Shown here: piece by piece, positions 1-8,159 of the stretch
Numbering within the stretch: position 1 is the first letter of the stretch
Layout of the letters: each line of letters begins with the position of its first letter
Source: a virus
Length of the DNA stretch: 64,000 nucleotides
Reading direction: 5' to 3' (one strand)
Virus record (IMG/VR): IMGVR_UViG_3300044712_001160
Location: 3,169-67,168 of that record
The notes under the pieces: generated by a model
Seen by the model: only the letters and a program-made list of their open reading frames with translations
Database searches by the model: none
Told to the model about the DNA's origin: nothing
Made by a program: the position numbers and the translations under genes

Positions 1-324
1 GTAGACCTTGCTTAGGTCAATGCCGGCTTTGATCAGCTCTTCGCGGATCATCGTGCCCATTCGACCCACGAAAGGTTCACCCGCTTCATCCTCCGTGGCG
101 CCCGGCGCTTCGCCTATGACCATCACGTCACATGGGATAGTGCCCCGACCTGGCAAGCAAACGGTTTTGCAGCCCATTTCGTGAAGTCGGCACCGGGTAC
201 AACCGCTGTCCGATAATGCTAAGGTTAGCTTATCGAAGAAGTCAGTTTGCTTCGAGGACTTCTTGGGTTCTTTCGTTGACGAGGTACCCTGAGGGCGAGA
301 GCCGGAAAACTTCAATTTGGGCAT
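1..324 (-). CDS. Family-4 uracil-DNA glycosylase-like domain, probably the N-terminus of an SPO1-type DNA polymerase (runs off the window edge)
   Basis: Own translation, absent from the ORF track: MPKLKF...GCTRCRLHEMGCKTVCLPGRG...VMVIGEAPGATEDEAGEPFVGRMG. CxxCxL, GEAPG and ED..G.PFVG are family-4 UDG motifs. Confidence 0.8.
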   Translation of the reverse strand, partial: MPKLKFSGSRPQGTSSTKEPKKSSKQTDFFDKLTLALSDSGCTRCRLHEMGCKTVCLPGRGTIPCDVMVIGEAPGATEDEAGEPFVGRMGTMIREELIKAGIDLSKVY

Positions 325-715
325 CGAGAAGCACGCCAATCCCTGTTTTTATTCTGTAAGGAGATTGATAGTATACACGCTGAATGAGTCCCGAGTCAAC
401 GATGGCATTGGCACAATCCGGACATGGATTGCTCGTAACATACAGGTCAAATGGCCCCTGACCCACTCGAAGTTCCATTCGGTCGAGAGCATTGATTTCC
501 GCATGGACCGAACGAACACAACCACCTGTGGGTCCCAACGAACAGCCGTTGCCTTGGCAGTGGGGTTCACCCGAAGGTGGGCCATTGTAGCCGATAGAAA
601 CTGGGTCTCGGTTGTTGCTGATGATGACCGCGCCGACGTTGCCTCGAAAGCAAGTTGATCTTCTAGCAGCCAACTCAGCAATCCCCATCCACAGTTGTGC
701 TCGAGATATCCTCAT
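242..715 (-). CDS. dCMP deaminase
   Basis: RSTC..VGAVI, GYNG, HAEINA and PCPDC zinc-binding deaminase motifs. Confidence 0.92.
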   Translation of the reverse strand: MRISRAQLWMGIAELAARRSTCFRGNVGAVIISNNRDPVSIGYNGPPSGEPHCQGNGCSLGPTGGCVRSVHAEINALDRMELRVGQGPFDLYVTSNPCPDCANAIVDSGLIQRVYYQSPYRIKTGIGVLLDAQIEVFRLSPSGYLVNERTQEVLEAN

Positions 716-767
716 TTGGGCAGTACCTTTCTCCAGGCGAGTATCGCTTCTTTCAGCTCTTGTTCAG

Positions 768-1253
768 TCATGCCATCCCCGGTGATCTGATGCCCCAGTG
801 AAGCAAGCCCTGACGTGTTGCTCGCTTGTAGTCCACGTCTTCATTGTCGCCTATTTCACGAAGCTTTCGCTGTTTGAACTTGACCCAACGACTGATCTGC
901 CGATCATCGTCGGCGTGGCGTCGACCCATGTCATAGCGGCAGTACCACTGAAACCAACCTCGCGGATCGTCGTCGTGCATCCAGCCACGTTGCTGCCAGT
1001 CATGTCGACTCAGCGATGCAAGAACACCGAAATAATTGTCGTCGGGGTTTTCGGCTTCGTTGATGACGTGTCGTAGGTGTGGGAATTCACGGCCAAACTT
1101 CGGATAGCCGCGAAAGTATGCGCCGCCGAAAATGCCCATTCGTAGACATTGCGCGGGCGTGAAGTCAGGCTTGAAATCTGGATCATACTCGCGATTAGGC
1201 GAGACGTGATATTCATAGCCGGGCTGCAACGGGTCAAGGGATTGGATTTTCAT
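768..1253 (-). CDS. Conserved hypothetical protein (FGGAYF / DPRGWFQWYCRY / RQI.RW family)
   Basis: 161-aa ORF with its own promoter. The motif set resembles an uncharacterised family, function unknown. Confidence 0.7.
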   Translation of the reverse strand: MKIQSLDPLQPGYEYHVSPNREYDPDFKPDFTPAQCLRMGIFGGAYFRGYPKFGREFPHLRHVINEAENPDDNYFGVLASLSRHDWQQRGWMHDDDPRGWFQWYCRYDMGRRHADDDRQISRWVKFKQRKLREIGDNEDVDYKRATRQGLLHWGIRSPGMA

Positions 1254-1259
1254 GTCGTC

Positions 1260-1296
1260 ATTCTATGATAACGCGATCTTGACGACAACGCCAATG
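1260..1296 (-). promoter_or_regulatory. Sigma70-like promoter giving a leaderless mRNA for 768..1253
   Basis: Minus strand ATTGGCG-TTGTCG-N17-TAGAAT-gacgac-ATG. The ATG is 6 nt after the -10 and there is no SD. Confidence 0.6.
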
Positions 1297-1303
1297 TTGC
1301 CTA

Positions 1304-1340
1304 AAAGTTGGCGGGAGACACCGCGAAATGTCTCCCGCCG
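1304..1340 (-). terminator. Intrinsic terminator
   Basis: GGCGGGAGACA/TGTCTCCCGCC 11-bp stem followed by aACTTTT on the minus strand. Confidence 0.6.
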
Positions 1341-1389
1341 AAAGATGATGACCAACCTTGGGGTGGGTGGGGCGTCTGCTAGTCGATCA

Positions 1390-1506
1390 TCACCTTTTCC
1401 GATATTTCCAACCACGTGTCGCATGATAATAGCGTTCTCGATCACCCTTGACAATAGTCCGGATGACCCTGCCATATGGCTGGCCTTTGGTGATCCTTTT
1501 CTTCAT
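1390..1506 (-). CDS. Small basic protein (38 aa, YHATRGW motif)
   Basis: Own translation MKKRITKGQPYGRVIRTIVKGDRERYYHATRGWKYRKR. ATGA overlap with the upstream TS-like gene. Confidence 0.55.
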   Translation of the reverse strand: MKKRITKGQPYGRVIRTIVKGDRERYYHATRGWKYRKR

Positions 1507-2360
1507 CGACGGGGTCCTTTCCATTCAATGCCCATTGGGCGGGTGTCATTGATGAACATGTGGAGGCTGGTGATGTGCATGATGAAGAAGCCTGGTCGAA
1601 CCCAGTCCCAGACCTTGGGCCGACGCTTCCGCAGCTGATGCATAATCCACAGGTGAAGCCTGATCGTGAGGTAGCAGTCATCCGCCCAGTGTCGGTAGAA
1701 GTCACACGACCTCATGTAGTAGGTGCAGTGGAAGTATCCGTGGCGGAGGATGAAGTGATAGCCGAGCGTGCAGGGCTTTCGGCCTTGAACGGTAACGTCC
1801 TCCGGGTAGTAGATCGGCAGATATGCTTGGCGAGTGTCGGGCTCTTCGGCCAGCGTGTTGACCAAGTCATTCAGGTCGCCATACTCTGCACGAATGCCCT
1901 GGTGAGCGATGGGCGTAAAGTCGCCCTCAATCTCTTGAGCATACTCTTCGGCCGTTTCCGTTGCGCGTTCAACCACTCCGGCAAACTTCGGCCAATACCT
2001 CTCCATGTAGTTATGGTTGAACCGTTCACCATAAAGGTCCAGGTGGTCGGCGGCGCTATGACCCCAAGGCCACTTCTTCCACTGAACGCCCGGGTTGATC
2101 GGGTATCCACAGACGCGCTCCTCAAAATGGTCGTCAGCCCAAGGCAGGTTGGGCTTGATGTCCTCCCGCCAATGCTCGAGGTCTTCGCTGACCATCATGA
2201 CCCGGAATGACTCGTGAAGCAGTTCGATCATCTTCGCTTCGGGTCGCTGCGAGATATCGACGCCCTGCCACTTCTGACCATGAATGGCTGGGGCCGTGAT
2301 GAACTGCCGGGAAAGCGCCTCCCGGGCATGTTGGAAGTTATTGTAGATCATGAGGCTCAT
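1503..2360 (-). CDS. Thymidylate-synthase-fold enzyme, dCMP hydroxymethylase/methylase-like
   Basis: PDTRQA, catalytic PC (KPCTLG), MRSCDFYRHWADD with Asp at the E. coli ThyA Asn177-equivalent position, and HITSLH. Confidence 0.85.
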   Translation of the reverse strand: MSLMIYNNFQHAREALSRQFITAPAIHGQKWQGVDISQRPEAKMIELLHESFRVMMVSEDLEHWREDIKPNLPWADDHFEERVCGYPINPGVQWKKWPWGHSAADHLDLYGERFNHNYMERYWPKFAGVVERATETAEEYAQEIEGDFTPIAHQGIRAEYGDLNDLVNTLAEEPDTRQAYLPIYYPEDVTVQGRKPCTLGYHFILRHGYFHCTYYMRSCDFYRHWADDCYLTIRLHLWIMHQLRKRRPKVWDWVRPGFFIMHITSLHMFINDTRPMGIEWKGPRR

Positions 2361-3106
2361 TCATCCGTGATGGCGTTGAGGATTAGATCACGTCGATCCT
2401 GTGGATACTTGTCCACAAACTTTTGAACTCGTGCAGCGGTTTGATAGGACTTATACCCTCCCTCCAGATGAATCTTTGTCCATCTGACAACCTGGTGATG
2501 AAACTTTGGGTTTTCCTTCTCCAGTCTTCGAAGGAGTCGTAATGGCTTAGAATGCTCAAGTAGCAGCATGATGTAGAACATCGGGTGAATGGTAGCATTA
2601 ACGAAGCTAAAGGTAATGAAATCGGGAGGGGCTGTTTGGAGATCGAACTGTGGTAGGATGACGTCTCGCAGGAAAATGAGATCGGCTCTGTACCGGAATA
2701 TGAGCTCGACCGTTCGGTATCGGATGAAGATGGACGTGTGCCCCTTGGGCGGGTAATACGCAATGACTCCGGCGGTAAGGCAATAATCTTGCTTAGTAGT
2801 CTTTTTTTCCACTCCTCGGAAATCCCAAACACCCGAGCCATACTTTCGATCTCGGAGTCGGTCATCCAGGTCACGCTTTGCACGAGCTATCGTCTCCGGA
2901 TTTTCGTAGTGAGTCTTGAGCATCCGTATCTTCGTCGGCGTGAAACCGATAGACTCCGGGGTCATCTCCGTGTCGTTGAGCAACAGTGACGCGGGTATCT
3001 GCCAAGTCAAGTCCTGATAGATCGACTGACTTCCGGCGATAATGTATGGCGGAACTCGGGACTGCTCGCCGACCCAATTACACCACTCCTTAGACAGTGT
3101 TGTCAC
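2357..3106 (-). CDS. Divergent second thymidylate-synthase-fold protein
   Basis: DYCLTAG Cys followed by YRTVELIFRYRADL, which aligns to RSxD-x7-N/D with identical spacing. ATGA overlap with the first TS gene. Confidence 0.55.
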   Translation of the reverse strand: MTTLSKEWCNWVGEQSRVPPYIIAGSQSIYQDLTWQIPASLLLNDTEMTPESIGFTPTKIRMLKTHYENPETIARAKRDLDDRLRDRKYGSGVWDFRGVEKKTTKQDYCLTAGVIAYYPPKGHTSIFIRYRTVELIFRYRADLIFLRDVILPQFDLQTAPPDFITFSFVNATIHPMFYIMLLLEHSKPLRLLRRLEKENPKFHHQVVRWTKIHLEGGYKSYQTAARVQKFVDKYPQDRRDLILNAITDE

Positions 3107-3611
3107 GAAGACTCTCCCGATGGATGTGATCCTCGACCAGGTCAGTGTGCGACGGCGGCTCCCAGCCCTTGGGCTTCACCACGTCATAGGTGGAACCACG
3201 TTTGGACTCGTCGGCGGATTGAGCTCGAACCTTAGCCATGTTGGCTCGGTGAACTCGAGACCAGGCTTCATTGAAATCGAATCCGTGAAGGTGGGCGGTT
3301 CCAAGGGCGACGTATACCAGATCCACCAGAGCATCAAGCTGTAGCTCAAGAAGGTGAGTAACCTCGGCATCGTCCTCAAGGCCTCGAGCGAGAGATGCAT
3401 GTAGTCGATTGGCCGCAGTCTCGTACTCATTCAGCTCCTCTCTCAGGAATTGAAGCCGGAACATCAGGATATCTTCGGGAAGCTGGCGGGGCTTTCCCTG
3501 ATACAGCAGGTCGAACTTCGCATGGAAGCTCCAGATATCACCAACCATGTCTTCACTGTCGCCCGGATCAACGTGGCGAAATGGCTCGTCGTAAGTCATA
3601 CTCTTCTCCAT
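3090..3611 (-). CDS. MazG-like/all-alpha NTP pyrophosphohydrolase (dCTPase/dUTPase-like)
   Basis: LREELNE, LDALVDLVYVALG, VHRANMAK and VVKPKGW motifs. Confidence 0.85.
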   Translation of the reverse strand: MEKSMTYDEPFRHVDPGDSEDMVGDIWSFHAKFDLLYQGKPRQLPEDILMFRLQFLREELNEYETAANRLHASLARGLEDDAEVTHLLELQLDALVDLVYVALGTAHLHGFDFNEAWSRVHRANMAKVRAQSADESKRGSTYDVVKPKGWEPPSHTDLVEDHIHRESLRDNTV

Positions 3612-4087
3612 GCTCGAATTAGGTCTTCGATCACCCGCACATTGTCACCAATGCGGTAGATATGATGCGCGTTCCACACGGCCCAGCGATCATACCAGGT
3701 CATCAGCTTCTCGAAGCCGGCGTCAACCTTGGCCAGATACTCGGGCGTATCCCATTCCCCCGTGGCGGTGTGCGTAACCTTAGCCGGATCGGGGCGGCAG
3801 TAGATCAGCAGCGGCTTCATTCGATAGAAGTCGTTGACGAGCTCGACGTTGGGCTCTGTTTGGCTGTGGATCTGTCGGTATGCGATCTGAGACACGCAGG
3901 GGTGTCGGTCGAAGATCACGTCCTTTCGGTTGGTGTATTCGCGCGCATACCTTAGAATACGCGCGTCAATCTCACCGGGGAATTTCTCGGGGCCTTCGCT
4001 GAGACGAAGTTCATACCCAAGCGTTTGAGCCAGAAGCTGACCGAGCGTCGTCTTTCCACCGCCGTCAGGACCTTCGAGAACTACCAT
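3596..4087 (-). CDS. dNMP (thymidylate-like) kinase
   Basis: MVVLEGPDGGGKTT P-loop and IFDRHP motif. The likely start is ATG 4087 rather than 4441. Confidence 0.85.
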   Translation of the reverse strand: MVVLEGPDGGGKTTLGQLLAQTLGYELRLSEGPEKFPGEIDARILRYAREYTNRKDVIFDRHPCVSQIAYRQIHSQTEPNVELVNDFYRMKPLLIYCRPDPAKVTHTATGEWDTPEYLAKVDAGFEKLMTWYDRWAVWNAHHIYRIGDNVRVIEDLIRAWRRV

Positions 4088-4168
4088 TCGGATACCATCG
4101 CTTTCAGTTGATTTAATCGAATTACCCTTGTAATTTGAAAAACTCACGGAGTCAACAAAGGTGTGACC

Positions 4169-4384
4169 ATGACGATGGTGGTGAACCTGGCGGATTATGT
4201 CACGACCACCGAAGCAGCTAGGCTGTTGGGTATCAACTACCCTGCACTGTGGGCGCGTATCGACCGCGGCCACGTGTCTACACTTCGCGTGGGTCGTTCC
4301 CACATGATCTCCAGAGAAGAAATCAAAAGACTGAGAGAAAACAGCAATGATCCTAATGAGGGTCTGGGCCAAGCAGCCCGGTAA
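4169..4384 (+). CDS. Excisionase-family HTH DNA-binding protein
   Basis: YVTTTEAARLLGI...RIDRGHV...RVGRSHMI pattern. Confidence 0.75.
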   Translation: MTMVVNLADYVTTTEAARLLGINYPALWARIDRGHVSTLRVGRSHMISREEIKRLRENSNDPNEGLGQAAR

Positions 4385-6359
4385 ATACTTCTTCATCTCA
4401 TCGAAAGACCCGGAGGGAAACTGGCACGACGAAGCTTTCACTCGGAAGCAGTTCAGAACAATACCAGCTTACATCAATGAGCTGAAGACTCAAAATATGG
4501 ATGTCTATTGGTGTCCGCATGGGTTCAGTAAGCCACGACGTCTTCGCCGATACGCCCTTATGCCATACCTGTTGTGGGCAGACCTTGATGAAGTAAGTCC
4601 ACTAAGTGTTCCACTACGCCCAACAGTCGCTTGGGAATCCTCTCCGCATCGCTATGCGGCCCTGTGGTACCTCGATGAAATCCTTACTGATGAGCAGCTT
4701 AACCGTAGTTGGACTCACCTGATCGGCGCTGACAAGGGCGGCTGGGATCTTACGCAAGTTCTTCGCGTACCCGGTACCCACAATCACAAGTACCCGTCAA
4801 AGCCACTTGTCAAGCTGATGTGGGATGACCCCGGTATCGTCTATAAAGAAGCCGACATTGCTGCGAAGCTACCCAATCAGGTCAAAAAGAAATCCCCCGA
4901 TCAAGACGTTAAGTCGCTATTCTTCAAGTACAAGAAATACCTATCGCCTTGGGCGCGTCGGGAACTGTTGAACGGTCGGCCACAGAAGGGCAAGCGTTCT
5001 GAGGTTTTCTGGAAGCTCACCAATGAACTCATCGAGGCCGGAGCTGATGAGGACGAAGCATTCCGCATTCTGTGGATGTCCCCCTGGAACAAGTTCTATG
5101 ATCGGCGTGACGGTGAAGATCAGCTTCGCCGGGAGATCAACAAGGTCTTTGAGAATAAACTCGACGGCCCCGATCCAGTAAGCGACTTCAAGAAAGAGTC
5201 GTCCATTGAGCGTGAGGAGGCGGTTGAGCGATCATCCGATATCCGAAATACGCTCATGGGTGCGGTCGAGAATGAAGTTGTCGACTGGATTCAGTACCCC
5301 TACTTCGCGCGCGGTCATATCACGACAATCGAGGGTCAGCCGGAAGTTGGTAAGTCCTGGTTATGTATGGCTGCCGGTGCCGCTATCTCTGAAGGGAAAA
5401 CTGAGTTTCCACAAGATGGTTGGGTTGAAAAAACTCAGAAGGGATTGGTGTTCTACTTCGACGCCGAGAACATGTCGGGCAACGTAGCACTTCGAATGCA
5501 GGACAGCGGCATGCTCACGAAGGTTACTAACCCCGATGACTCAGCACCCTTCTTCCATATTCCACCTGAAGTGTTCTCCCCATCGCTGGGTGATCCGCTC
5601 TGTCTCGAGGAGTTCATTACCTTTGTGGATGAGGTTCGAGAGGTATGGAAGAACAACAAGGGTTACCGTGATGACATAGCCATGATCGTCTTTGATACCC
5701 TTATCAACTACTCAGGCGTTACAGATACGAACAAGCAGGGCGATGTGATCCAGGTGATGAACAACCTGAAAGAGCTTGCCGTCCACTTCAACTGTTCCGT
5801 CGTAGCGATCCGTCACCATTCAAAAGCAAGCCGTGACAAGGACCCGATGCATCGTGGTATTGGCTCAGCTCAGTTCGGCAACTCTGCTCGTATCGTCATC
5901 GGCGTCTACAAACACCCGGACGACGACTACACTAGGATCGCTACACTTGGGAAGAACTCGCTCGCTCATACGGCTAGCATTCGAGCGCTGTCGTATTCGC
6001 TGGAGCGCGTGTTCCCGGGCAGCACTGACATTGCTAAGCGTGACCGAACCCGGATGGTGTGGAATGGCTACGTCGATATCACCGACGCCGACCTCACACT
6101 AAGCTTTAAGGAACGTGAGGAACGTCAGTCTGAGGTGAAGAAGGACAAGGAGATCCTCGCCGATATGATGAACGAGCTAGAGGATCGCTTCCGCACTAAC
6201 GGTCACCCCGCGAAAATACCGCTGAGTGAGATCCGTATCAAAGCTAATCAGACTAATATACCCGAGGTGAGCAACTGGTCAAGGGCCCTCGCTCCTCTCG
6301 GGTATGTATGTGAAGGACGTGGTAAAAACGTCTACTACACTCGTGTCACTCCACGATGA
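4347..6359 (+). CDS. Primase-helicase (RepB-like primase plus AAA_25/RecA-like helicase)
   Basis: LWADLD, WESSPHRYAALW and LRVPGTHNHKY primase motifs, Walker A GQPEVGKS, Walker B IVFDTL, and HHSK. Confidence 0.88.
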   Translation: MILMRVWAKQPGKYFFISSKDPEGNWHDEAFTRKQFRTIPAYINELKTQNMDVYWCPHGFSKPRRLRRYALMPYLLWADLDEVSPLSVPLRPTVAWESSPHRYAALWYLDEILTDEQLNRSWTHLIGADKGGWDLTQVLRVPGTHNHKYPSKPLVKLMWDDPGIVYKEADIAAKLPNQVKKKSPDQDVKSLFFKYKKYLSPWARRELLNGRPQKGKRSEVFWKLTNELIEAGADEDEAFRILWMSPWNKFYDRRDGEDQLRREINKVFENKLDGPDPVSDFKKESSIEREEAVERSSDIRNTLMGAVENEVVDWIQYPYFARGHITTIEGQPEVGKSWLCMAAGAAISEGKTEFPQDGWVEKTQKGLVFYFDAENMSGNVALRMQDSGMLTKVTNPDDSAPFFHIPPEVFSPSLGDPLCLEEFITFVDEVREVWKNNKGYRDDIAMIVFDTLINYSGVTDTNKQGDVIQVMNNLKELAVHFNCSVVAIRHHSKASRDKDPMHRGIGSAQFGNSARIVIGVYKHPDDDYTRIATLGKNSLAHTASIRALSYSLERVFPGSTDIAKRDRTRMVWNGYVDITDADLTLSFKEREERQSEVKKDKEILADMMNELEDRFRTNGHPAKIPLSEIRIKANQTNIPEVSNWSRALAPLGYVCEGRGKNVYYTRVTPR

Positions 6360-7038
6360 TAGCATCACCGCGTGAGAGATGACGACGCAACATCCGACGT
6401 GTATAGCCATGACGTTGCATGTCGGAAAATTGAACCGCGTCGGGCGGATCACCGAACACCTTGAAAACTTTCTCGTAAACGACAGCTCGACTCGAACCCT
6501 TGTTCGCATCGCGTCGTATGTCATGAACGAACAGAATCCTGGGATCGTTTGAGAGCGCCAAGGATTCGCGCCGCGGAATCGTTGCGTTATGTATCACATA
6601 CAATCCCAGGACGCGACGACGGGCGCCGCGTTTTCGAGCGTTCACGTCAAGCGGGATGCCTCGATTTGACGCCAACACATGACCGTTGACGCGGATCAAG
6701 CAGACGTCGTTCTTCGTCACGGATAACGCCTGCTGCAACGTCATTGCGGTACGCATGTCATCAGTGTTGAAGGTCGGCTTGTATTGCGTGAGATCGGGCT
6801 TCGTATACTTTACGCGAAGGATCCGCATCGCTTCTTCGATGTGGTGAGGGAACATGCCCATATCGTCGCGGAAGCCTGCTGCGTAGCATGCCTCGATTAT
6901 TTCGCCTTCATCACGATCCGGAAGAATTTGTCGGAACGCAACGAGACCGCAGTTATTTGGTATTTCGTCAATCGTCACAGCTGCTCCCCTTGTTTTTGGT
7001 GACGTTTCATTGTATCGCGTGGGTAATTTGCTAAGCAA
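6346..7038 (-). CDS. Hypothetical protein
   Basis: 230-aa ORF convergent with the primase. Contains NNCG and GHVLA motifs. Confidence 0.6.
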   Translation of the reverse strand: MLSKLPTRYNETSPKTRGAAVTIDEIPNNCGLVAFRQILPDRDEGEIIEACYAAGFRDDMGMFPHHIEEAMRILRVKYTKPDLTQYKPTFNTDDMRTAMTLQQALSVTKNDVCLIRVNGHVLASNRGIPLDVNARKRGARRRVLGLYVIHNATIPRRESLALSNDPRILFVHDIRRDANKGSSRAVVYEKVFKVFGDPPDAVQFSDMQRHGYTRRMLRRHLSRGDAIIVE

Positions 7039-7053
7039 TATCTGAAATGACCC

Positions 7054-7080
7054 AAAAAAAGGCGAGCCACAAGGGCTCGC
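7054..7080 (-). terminator. Intrinsic terminator
   Basis: GCGAGCC-cttgt-GGCTCGC followed by CTTTTTTT on the minus strand. Confidence 0.75.
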
Positions 7081-7106
7081 AGAGTTGAACGACCGACTAT
7101 GTTATG

Positions 7107-7376
7107 TTATCGTCTCGGGTTCTGTGTGTCAACGATAACAAAAGGCGGAGCCCATGCACCGTCGATGGTGGTTCCGTAGGGCATGTAGGCGATCACTCGA
7201 CCGCCCCGACGGATGAACAACTGCTCACACACCGAGCATCTTGACCATACGCCGACGCTTAGTTCCTGGGTTGTCCGACACCTCGGGCATCTTACGCCAC
7301 CAGGCGTCAAGTTCCCATCGGGCAGGTGGTAGCGCAACAAAGAGTACGTTCTTGGTGATCTCGAATACCGGATCAT
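7107..7376 (-). CDS. Hypothetical Zn-ribbon protein
   Basis: CPRC...CSVC pair. Overlaps 7225..7650 in another frame. Confidence 0.45.
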   Translation of the reverse strand: MIRYSRSPRTYSLLRYHLPDGNLTPGGVRCPRCRTTQELSVGVWSRCSVCEQLFIRRGGRVIAYMPYGTTIDGAWAPPFVIVDTQNPRR

Positions 7377-7568
7377 GACGAGAATCCCGAACCGCCTTGT
7401 GGGAAGCTATCCGAAAGGTGCAGACCAACGGATTAACATCCACCTTGTACTCACCTTCAAGGTCGAACTTGATGCCGATCCAACCCAAGTGATGACCCCG
7501 CCCGACCAATAGGAAGTATCGGTCGAACGGGACAAGGTTTCTGCTAACCCGAAGTTCAAGGGGTCGGT

Positions 7569-8159
7569 TCAGCCTGGTTCGCCACTGGACGATTGGCGGA
7601 CGTTTTCCGGGGACCTCCCTTGAGAGAAGGCCTCGTCGATTGTAGAACATAGATGAATTACCTCCCGTGCTTGATGCACCGCATCCTCGATGGCGCTGTG
7701 GGGCATCAGGTTCTTCACCGGCGTTTCCACATGGGGGCCGGCGATCAGCTTCAGCGTCCGAAGGTCATGGATATTTCTGAAACCCCACGGCTCCGGAAAG
7801 AGCTTCCTGAGGATCGGCAGGTCGAAATGGGTGCCTTTCGCCCACACCAACGTGTTCTCCGTCGCGAGGCCGTTCCAGCAGTCGGACATGTGCTTGACTA
7901 CCTCGACCACTGACTTGCGTTCGGCCAGCTGCTGACGCTCATACGCCTCGGGTTGGGACAGCCACCACTGAAGAGTATCGGCTTCAACGCTGAATCCCAT
8001 TTCAGCCTGTTCATTCAGGTCGGGAAACCATGACCAAGACCAGATGGTGCGCCAGCGATCCTTGCGGTCGAAGAAGCACCAGCCAATCTCAAGGATCGAC
8101 GCATTAGCCGTAGTGCCAAGCGTCTCCAGGTCGATCATCAGGTCGGTGTAGTTCTTCAT
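7569..8159 (-). CDS. DEDDh 3'-5' exonuclease (ExoVIII/DUF5051-like)
   Basis: MIDLETLG, WAKGTHFDLPIL, DLRT and HSAIEDA motifs. Confidence 0.85.
   Translation of the reverse strand: MKNYTDLMIDLETLGTTANASILEIGWCFFDRKDRWRTIWSWSWFPDLNEQAEMGFSVEADTLQWWLSQPEAYERQQLAERKSVVEVVKHMSDCWNGLATENTLVWAKGTHFDLPILRKLFPEPWGFRNIHDLRTLKLIAGPHVETPVKNLMPHSAIEDAVHQAREVIHLCSTIDEAFSQGRSPENVRQSSSGEPG

Noticed and set aside
4169-4384. Evidence of a temperate lifestyle (excisionase)
   Set aside because: No integrase, att site or repressor module is seen. This HTH type commonly precedes phage primases.
4088-4441. N-terminal extension of the kinase ORF
   Set aside because: Antisense to the HTH and primase genes. The P-loop begins right after ATG 4087.
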